Shown: positions 49,450-59,644 of the stretch, in pieces
How the letters are laid out: each line of letters starts with the position of its first letter
How positions within the stretch are numbered: the stretch's first letter is position 1
Assembly (NCBI RefSeq): GCF_001194135.2
Contig: NC_068981.1
Coordinates: 109,137,731 to 109,201,730, forward strand
Source: Octopus bimaculoides
Taxonomy: Eukaryota
DNA length: 64,000 bases
Direction: 5' to 3'
Translations under genes and position numbers: made by a program
The notes under the pieces: model-generated
What the model was told of the DNA's origin: nothing
The model's database searches: none
The model's input: the letters and a program-made list of their open reading frames with translations, nothing else

Positions 49450-52400
49450 TAATAATAATAATAATTATAATAAAAATAATAATAAATTGTTAAAAAAAAC
49501 CCAGATAGTTATCTTTTGAAATGTATTATATGAATGCATAATCATCTACTAACACCTTTTCAGATTTAAAATGGAATAAAGTTGGTTTAACAGGTGGGCG
49601 TGCCCTGCTTGATCTTCTTCATGTTAATAAAACCTTGTTAAAAATAGACTTAGCTGGTAACGACATTCCTTGTGACATTGTTTCCTCCATTGGTATGTAT
49701 AAGTATTCTTTGATTTCATTATTTAAAAAAATAATAATTGGAAAATATTTCAGAGATATAATTCATCATCATCGTTTAACGTCCGCTTTCCATGCTAGCA
49801 TGGGTTGGACGATTTGACTGAGGACTGGTGAACTGGATGGCTACACCAGGCTCCAATTTGATTTGGCAGAGTTTCTACAGTTGGATTCCCTTCCTAACGC
49901 CAACCACTCTGAGAGTGTAGTGGGTGCTTTTATGTGCCACATGAATGAGATACAAAAGATGTATTGGAGCGTCTTATTTTCAGAAAATGAATATGTATAA
50001 ATGTATATTTATCCATATATACTTATGGATAAATATATATCCATAAATATTATTTATTTATGTAAATTCGACTAAACACATATATGTTGATACACTTAGA
50101 AAATTTCTTTTAAGTATTGAAGAGCTTTTTAGAGTCACTGCCTGGAGCTTGTTTTTATAGTAATGAGCTGATGGTAAATATATCTTCCTAAGCCTGGGAT
50201 GCTGGTATCTGTTTCCAACAGCCTTAACATGCTATCAAGAATGACTTACAATCAGTATATACCATGCTTTTGATAGTATGGTTTTAGATGCCCATGTAGT
50301 TGTAAGTAGACACAGACACAGTTTTGGGCCTGTCCACACTTCACCAAGTAAAACAGCAAAGATATGCCAGCTGAAGGCTGGAAGGTCTTCACTAGCACCC
50401 AACCCCTGTATTTTAGTGCAACTTCTTTTATTTGTCTTCAGAATCATAAAATGGAAAAAAGAATCTTCATTTCTGGGATTTGAACTTGAAATAGATGCAA
50501 TAAACTATAACAAATCTATTACAAATGAGTGAGCAACTATTATTTATAAGAATACTTCTGTCCCAGCAAGAAAAAATATCAGAGATTGCTACTGAGAAAA
50601 TAAGGAGGCTTCCAGTTAGTTGTTATGATTTAGTTTTATTTCAGCTGTGTCTAGCACTTGATAAAAAAAAGTGAAACAGATATAAGATTAATGACTAAAC
50701 TTAGATAAATACTTCATATTCAAATTGTACAAATGTTAAAGAAGTGTCTTTACAATCATCATCATCATTTAACATTCATTTTCCATGCTGGCATGGGTTG
50801 GACGGTTTGACTGAAACCTGATAAGCCAGAGAGTTGCACCAGATTCTGATCTGATTTGGCATGGTTTCTACAGCTGGATGCCCTTTCTAATGCCAACCAC
50901 TCCAAGAGTGTAGTGGGTGTTTTTTTATGTGCCACTGGCATAGGTGCCATTAACCTGACACTGACATCAGCCATGACTATGGTCTTACTTGGCTTGATAG
51001 GTCTACAGAGCATGTTATATTGCCAAAGGTCTCAGTCACCTATCACTGCCTCCGTGAAGCCCAACTCTTGAATGGTGCTTTTTACATGCCACCAGCACAG
51101 GTGTCAGTCAGATGGCACTGGCATTGGCCACAACTATGATTTCACTTGGCTCGACAGGTCTTCACAAACACAACATATCGCCTAATGTTTGAAAGGTGCT
51201 TTTAATGGGCCAGTTACGATCTCACTTGGCTTGATGGGTCTTCTTAAGCACAGCTTTTTGCCAAAGGTTGCTTGTCATTGCCTCCATGAGGCCAACATTC
51301 GGAGATTGTGCTTCACCATCTTGTCCCATGTCTTCCTGGGTCTACCTCCTCCACAGGTTTCCTCCACCATTAGAGTGCGACACTTCTTTGTTCAACTGTC
51401 CTTGTCCATACACATCACATGACCATACCAGCACAGTCTTCTCTCTTGCACACCACATCTAATGCCTCTTGTACCCAACTTTTCTCTCAGGACGCTTACA
51501 CTCTGTCCTACATGCACACTGACATTACACATCCAGTGAAGCATACTAGCTTTATTTCTTTCAAGACTACGCATGTCCTCAGCAGTCACAGCCCATGTTT
51601 CACTACTGTGTAGCATGGCTGTTTGTACACAGGCATCATACAATCTACCTTTCACTCTGAGTGAGAGGCCCTTTGTTATCAGCAGAGGTAGGAGCTCTCT
51701 GAATTTTGTCCAGCCTATTCGTATTCTAGCAGCTATGCTCTCAGAGCATCCATCCCCGTTACTAACCTGGTCACCTAGATAACGGAGACTATTGACTACT
51801 TCTAGTTTTCCCCCGGCATATGATGGAATCTATTTTCTGTACATTTATGGCGTTAATTGTACCTGTGCACCTTCCACATACAAAAACTATTTTCCCTGAT
51901 AACCTTCCTCTGATATTGCTGCACCTCTTATGTGTCCATAGCTTACACCAGGTACACCTTATGGAGTTTCTAATAATGATAAGACAACTTGATGTTTCTA
52001 ATAATGATAGGACAATTCCAATAGTTTTATAATAGAAGTATTCAATCCATTTTAAATTTATATTGTAGAGTCTTCTCTTCTGTGCAATCAGAAGCTTCAG
52101 CTTATGAAAACCAACTGTAAACATAAAACACATATTTTGTGTAAGCAGTATCGACATCTAGAATCTGAAAATAAAAAGCAGGTAATTTTATTTACCTTTA
52201 GCAACAATAGTGATGTATTCATTTTTTCATGCTAATATAGGTTAGGCAGGACTGTAATGTGATGCATTACCATTTCTCTATATTCTGTGCCATGGAACCT
52301 GTCTGGAATCCAACATTCTCAGATCTCATCCTACTACTACAGGTATATTTCTCTGTCAGACAAGGTTGTAGAGGTCAGATGTCTTCTAAAACCATAATTC

Positions 52401-55400
52401 CTGTTATATGTGCATTATCAACAAAACAGGTGTAATTTGACTGATAAATATGGGAATGTTGTTTGTAAAGCATAAACTTTCACTTGTGTTGGCTTTGATA
52501 CATTTCCATCTTAAGTACTTTAAATGTCACTGTGTGCTCAGAAATGTACTTAAGCTAAGACGTGGTGCATCAAATTCAAATTTTAATATTTTTAAAGATT
52601 CTATGCTGATACTGTAAAAGTTCACATATAGTATGCCACCATGTATAATACACATCTTGATTTTGGGATTCAAATTGGTTTAAAAGCTTATAATACAATC
52701 TATAAGCTGCAATGTTTCACAACTATTACTGTTGTGATGAGAGTCACAATTCCCCCTTGCAAGAAATAGACTGGACCAAGTGATAATAAGTAGTAGCGGT
52801 CAGAGTGAAGCTTGTGTGTATCAGTTGATTAGTTTGTTTGGAATATTGATTGTTAGACTGTTATGTTGTTATTATGCCTGCATCATTATCTTGTTTATTG
52901 TTACAACACTGATATAGTGTATCTAAACCATCCATCACAATATTGTGTCGGTGCACAACATTGGAGACAGAGGATACAGCATCCGGCGATGAGGGTTTCG
53001 AAGCTCATGTAGGTTATTTAACAATTTGTCTGTGATACAACTTGTTAAATGAAAGACCTACTAGCTTCTATAATACAGTTGCAAAAGCAACAACAAGAAT
53101 AGCAACAGGTGTTGCAGAAGCCACTAGTACAACAACAACAACAACAACAACAATTATTGGAGCTATACGCAAAGAAGTCCAAAAATGTAGCAAGTTTGTT
53201 TTCACCAGACGGTGAATTGAACTTCATAACAGAATTCAGATATAACCCAGAGGAGGGTATAACTTTTGCAGCATACTATAGAAGGTATGAGGAGATTTTT
53301 AAGGAAGATTGCAAGACATTGTCGGATGAAAAAAAGTAAGGTTATTATTATGTAAATTAGCTCTATCTGAGTATGATCGATACTGTAATTTCGTATTGCC
53401 CAAAAAGTCTAGTGAATTTTATTTTTAGAAACAATCAAATTACTGTCTAACATGTTCAGTGATAAAACTTCTTTATTTAACACTCAAATGGATTGTTGGA
53501 ATTTAACTAAAAAAGAGGATTATGACTTTATTATATATGCAGGAACAATCAAGAGAATGTGTGAAAGTTTTAAACTTAAAGAACTTACTCCAGAGATGTT
53601 TAAGTGCCTCATTTTTGTACAAGGCCTTACAGCAAATGGAGATACAGAAATACGGGCAAGAATTCTTTCAAAATTTGAACAAGCAAACTAAGATTTAACC
53701 CTGTAGGCTGTTACAGAAGAGTATCAAAGGATGTTAAACCTGAAACACAACATAAAAAAAATTCAAGAAAAGGATTTTTCAAAAATACAGATATGTTGAC
53801 CAAGAAAGTATAACCAAAGAAGATTGCTAGGTCCTAATCCATGTTACAGATGTGGAGGCCTACATTTCAGAAAGGATTGTCCTTTTAAAAACCAAAAATG
53901 TTACAGTTGTCAAAAATCTGAACACAAGAGTTCACACTGCAGAATAAAAGTATGAAGGTCAAATGTAAAAAATTCTAAAGTGCTCTCAGCAGAAAGTAAA
54001 ATCAACTCCCAAATAAGGAAATTTGTACACGTAAAAGTAAATGGAGTAAATGTTAAATTATAACTGGATACTGGTAGTGAGATTTCAATCATAATCACCA
54101 ACTCATGGAAGAAAATAGGGAAACCTATGTTAAGAAAAACAGCAAAAACTGCACGTGGCCTGATGGGAAACAAATTACACTTTGTAGATGAAATGTGGAA
54201 TTATGTCACATTTCAAGGAAAAATGTGCCAGGCGAAAGTTTTCATTTGTAAAGAATGTAATCAATCTGTTCAGTACAGACTGGTTGGAGTTGTTTGACTT
54301 ATGGCACCTCCCTTAACCCTTTCATTACTAACCCGGCCGTAGCCGGCTGAAAAATTTTTTGGTTCATAAGACTAACCCGGCTGTAGCCGTCCGAGCGTAC
54401 CCATTGTTATTTAAATGTATATTTGAACCCAAATCTCGTTAGTACATTCGTTAAAACACCTGATTTCACTTTGCAAACAGTTGAGTTATTGTCTCCCACA
54501 TTGTTTGGCATGATATTTGAACTCAGTGAATTTTGGAAGATTTTTTTCCACATTTTTTGCGGCGTTAATTTTTTTCAACTTTGAAGATGGAGAGGAATTT
54601 CATGCTATCAAGCAGTGATTCCGAATTTGAAGGTTTTTCAACAGAAGATATGGAGNNNNNNNNNNNNNNNNNNNNNNNNNNNNNNNNNNNNNNNNNNNNN
54701 NNNNNNNNNNNNNNNNNNNNNNNNNNNNNNNNNNNNNNNNNNNNNNNNNNNNNNNNNNNNNNNNNNNNNNNNNNNNNNNNNNNNNNNNNNNNNNNNNNNN
54801 NNNNNNNNNNNNNNNNNNNNNNNNNNNNNNNNNNNNNNNNNNNNNNNNNNNNNNNNNNNNNNNNNNNNNNNNNNNNNNNNNNNNNNNNNNNNNNNNNNNN
54901 NNNNNNNNNNNNNNNNNNNNNNNNNNNNNNNNNNNNNNNNNNNNNNNNNNNNNNNNNNNNNNNNNNNNNNNNNNNNNNNNNNNNNNNNNNNNNNNNNNNN
55001 NNNNNNNNNNNNNNNNNNNNNNNNNNNNNNNNNNNNNNNNNNNNNNNNNNNNNNNNNNNNNNNNNNNNNNNNNNNNNNNNNNNNNNNNNNNNNNNTAGAC
55101 AGTTACCCAGAATAACAAATTACTGGAGCGATCAGGAACCTTTTGGAAATGAATATATTTCCAGTATTATGAACGAGTACGATTCGTGAAGCTGAACCAA
55201 TATTTACATGTGAGAGACACTAGCAGTACACCCCACCCCCAGTACATGGAGAACTTTGAGACAAAAATTATGCAATAGAATTGATTAAGAACCCTTTCTT
55301 TAATTATGTTCCAAATATCACATTAATATGTTGATAAATAAAAAAGTTACAGGTGTTTAATGAGACTAGTCTAAATTCATGATTATTTTAGAATTTAATT

Positions 55401-58400
55401 GAAACTCATGAGGGGTGTATTTTGGTCAGAAATATAGTAACGAAAGGGTTAAGTCTCTACCATAAAAACATTATTTGTTGTCCCTCTAAAAATAAGCCAT
55501 GTGAGGAATTGAAGAGAAAATTTAAAAAGATGTTTCCCTAAGTACTGTTAGGTCTATGTAAAAAGACTGAAGCGTGTTTTCAATTAAACGCTGTGCCAGT
55601 ATTCAAATCTAATAGAAAAGTACCATTTGCTGCAATAAGAAATGTAGATGAAGAGTTAGACAGACTCAAAAAATGTGGAATTATCAAAAAAGTGGATTAC
55701 TCTAAATAGGTAGCACCTATTGTGTGTTTAAAAAAAAACAACAAAATTAGGCTGTGTGCTGATTTTTCTACAAGTCTGAATGACAGTTTAAAGACATTTC
55801 TCTATCCACTTCCTACTCCAGAGGATATTTTTGCAAAATTAAATGGAGGCAAAATAGTCTCAAAATTGGATTTGTCTGAGGCATATCTGCAAATAAAGGT
55901 TGACGAGGAATGTTCAAAGCTTCTAACAGTAAATACACAGAGGTTTGTACAAATATAATAGATTGCCTTTTGGTCTGAAGGTCACATCTGCAATATTTCA
56001 ACAGGTTATGGATGCGATGTTGGTGGACTGTCAGTTTGCAACTTCATACCTGGATGACATATTCATTAAAAGTAATTTGCATGATCAGCATGTTGAGCAT
56101 ATAAAAGCTGTGTTTGAAAATATAAGGGACTACAGGTTCACTCTGAGTAAAGAGAAATGTGGGTTCTTTTTGCCAAACATCAAATACTTAGGGCAAATTA
56201 TTGATAAAAATGGAAGACGTCCTGACCTGTCAAGGACAGATACAATTCAAGATATGCCCCCCCCCCACATAACATTGTGACATTACAAGCTTTCCTTGGG
56301 CTAGTAATTTACTATCAAAATTACATTCCTAACATGCATAAATTGAGAGCACCATTAAACGATTTACTGAAAAAAGAAGTAAAATGGAATTAGTTGGTAA
56401 AGTGTCAAAATGCATTCAAAGAGATAGAAAAAATACTAATTTCTAATTTGTCGCTAGCCCATTTCAATCCTGAAACGGACATTGTCGTAGCTTCAGATGC
56501 TTCGGATTATGGAATAGAAGCAGTCTTGCTACACAAGTATAAAGATGGAAGTATGAAGCCAGTAGTTCATGCTTCACATTCGCTGTTAGCATCAGGGAAA
56601 AAGAATAGTCAGATAGAGAAGGAGGCTCTATCGATTATTTTTGTGGTAAAAAAATTTAACAAATTTCTACTTGCTAGAATTTTTTGGCTACAAACCAACC
56701 ATCAACCATTACCATCAAATTTTGGGTCAGAAAAGGGATTGCTTACCCATACAGCAAACCGACTACAATGCCAGGGTACAATATTGCTAAACTAAAATTT
56801 TAAGATGCAGTATATTCTGTTGAAAAAAATTGGTCATGCGGAGTATGACTAATTCCTCAAAATGCAGAACCGATGGCCTCATTGCAGTCAGAAAATGAAA
56901 TAAAAAGTATTATGTGTAATGTTATTCACAAACTACCAGTGAAAGCACATGATATAAAAATGAAATCCGCAGAGGATAATTACATTACAAGTATGAAACA
57001 AATGTTGAAAAATAAGCAAAATGAAAATACAAATTGAAATAATTTTTCACTATGCAATGATGTTTTAATGTACACGCAAAGAGTGGTAGTACCAACTGCT
57101 CTACAGAAACAAGTATTGCAGGAATTCCTCAGTAGACACCTGGGAATGCTGAGAATAAAGCTTTAATGAGGGGCTATGTATATTGGCCATCATTGGACCA
57201 GGACATTGAAAATGTAGTAAAATCTTGTAGGGGTGTGCGCTAGCAGCTAAGGCACCACCAGTGAAATACCAATCATGGCCTGAGATGGATAGTTCATGGT
57301 CCAGGGTACATATTGACTATGCTGGACTGGTGAATGACGCATACTATCTAATTGTTGTTGATAACAGTACAAAGTGGACAGAGGTATGCAGGTGCAATAA
57401 ACCAAACACAAAGACAACAATAAAGTTCCTGTATGAATTATTTGCCTGATACGGTGTTCCAGACACATTAGTATCAAATAATGGAAAACAATTTACAGGT
57501 TGTAGATTCAAAACTTTCTGCAAAATACATGCAATAAAGCATATTTTTATCCCACTCTACTACTTGAAGTCAAACAGGCAGTAGAAAGATTCATTGATAC
57601 TTTCAAGCGAGTGTTAAAAAAAGCAAAGTATGACGTAGGAAATGACGAGGCGTTAACAAAATTCTTCAGAATATATCAGTTTAGGAAAGTCTCCGGTAGA
57701 GGTAATGTTTGCGCAAAAAATAAAATTGATCTTCAATAAATTATTGCCAGGAAAAAATATATTTAAAAGAAATACAGAAAAGGCAACAAAACATTTTGAA
57801 GTAGGAGATAAAAGTTCATTTTAAATTTACAAAAATGGTAAAGAAGGCTGGTAGGATGGTTTTGTAACTAAAAGATTAGGAAACATGATGTATGTAATTA
57901 AAGGACAACATGGGAACATAAGAGACACCTAAACCAATAAAAGACGAGACATACTGAAAAATGAAAGAAAATACCAATGGAAGTCTGCTGTGACATGTTT
58001 TAGGTGCCAGCCCCAAAAGAGATTGAGCCTTGTAGAAGCAGCAGTAGAAAAAGTAAACAGACTGTACACTTAGAAATAATCCTTTCTACTGGAGGCACAA
58101 GGTCTCGAATAATGTAATAATTTGTGGGGAGGGGACTAGTTGATCACATCGACCCCAGTGTCTCACTGGTACTTAATTTATCAACCCTGAAAGGATGAAA
58201 GGCAAAGTCGACCTCAGCGGAACTTGAACTCAGAACATAGTAGCAGACAATAAGGATAAATCTGCCAGTTCACCGCTTTAGAAATAACACTTAGAAATGA
58301 TGCCAAAACGAAAAAGATATTAAATTTGCAAAAAAAAAAAAAAAAAATTAAAGAAGGAGAGGTGCTGGAAAAAGAAAAAAGAAAATAAATTTCACTTCTT

Positions 58401-59604
58401 ATGGAAGTCAAAATCTCAAAGCGGGAGATGTGATGAGAGTCACGACACCTCCTTGCAAGAAATAGACTGGAACAAGTAATTATAAATAGTAGCAATCAGA
58501 GTGAAGTCTGTGTGTGTTAATTCGAGTGAGTTCACTGAAGAGATTGTTGGAGTGTTACATTATTATGGCTGCATTGTTATCTGGTCTATTGTTACAACAC
58601 TGGCATAGCACATCTAAACCATCTGTCACATTATCGTGTTGGTACCACAACATTGGAAATGGAGGATACAACAATTACATAAGCAGATGACCTACTATAA
58701 TGCAACATATTGTTTAGTATTTTGTTTTATATAAAAATAAATTGATCAATAATAAAAATAATAATAATTTTCAAACTGATAAAGCTTTATTACATTATGT
58801 TTTTTTCCTTAATAAAATTGAATGGGAAAACATTGCCTTAATATCATGTATTATAGACGTCCCTAATTTTCATTTTAGTGATTGTATTATATGTAGAATT
58901 GTGCAGTACTATTTTTCCCTTTACAGTTTTTTTCTTTGTTGAAATAAACTATTGCAGGAATCTGTCTTAATCCATCCTTATATAGCCATTATTTTTATAC
59001 AGGTATTAAATTTGATGGACAAATTATCCTGCACACAAGAGTACTTAAATCACGAAAAACGGTAATTCAACTTGTTTTTTTTCTCATTTCTTTCTCTTCG
59101 TCTTCCCCACCTCCCTTGCTAATTTCTGATCTAGAGATTTTTAACAAAAAGTAACTGCTTATAACCTTTGGACTATAATAATTCTTTCAAATTTTGATAC
59201 AAGGCCTGCATCAATGCCAATATTTGACCGGTACATTAGTTTATTGGTTTCAAATTTTTGGCACAAAGCAAGTTTGGTGGAGGGGCTAATTGATTACATT
59301 GCCCCCAGTGCCTGACTGGTACTTATTTTATTGACCCTGATATGATGAACGGCAAAGTCAGCCTCAGCAGCATTTGAACTCAGAACATAAAGACAGACAA
59401 AATGCTGCTAAGCCTTTTGCCCAGCATGCTAACAATTCTACCAGCTTACCATCTTAAGTACTTTACTTTATTGACCTTGAAAGGATGGAAGACAAAGTTA
59501 ACCTCAGCAGCAGAGCAAATTCTAGTTTTCAAGTTATCAAATGATGGAAGTAACAAATTTATATTCAAACTTTAGGTGGATTGATAAGTTAAATAATTTT
59601 ATTG

Positions 59605-59644
<40 letters not shown>

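Larger units (their letters stand above)
52733..58652 (+). mobile_element. Ty3/Gypsy LTR retrotransposon (K02A2.6-like pol), decayed
   Basis: LTRs 52733-52960 and 58429-58652 (TG..CA); PBS-like TTGGAGACAGAGGA; gag with two Cys/His knuckles (CYRCGGLHFRKDC, CYSCQKSEHKSSHC); protease LDTGS; RT IRLCADFS, KLDLSEAYLQ, YNRLPFG, YLDD; RNase H ASDASDYG; integrase WSRVHIDYAG; PPT AAAGCGGGAGA. Confidence 0.95.

Noticed and set aside
50442-50640. Candidate LRRC45 exon after exon 6
   Set aside because: Both nearby acceptors give stops in the required phase; 52069-52181 fits phase and homology.
53109-53339. Polyglutamine host protein
   Set aside because: The (CAA)n tract lies in the Gypsy gag N-terminus, directly after the LTR and PBS.
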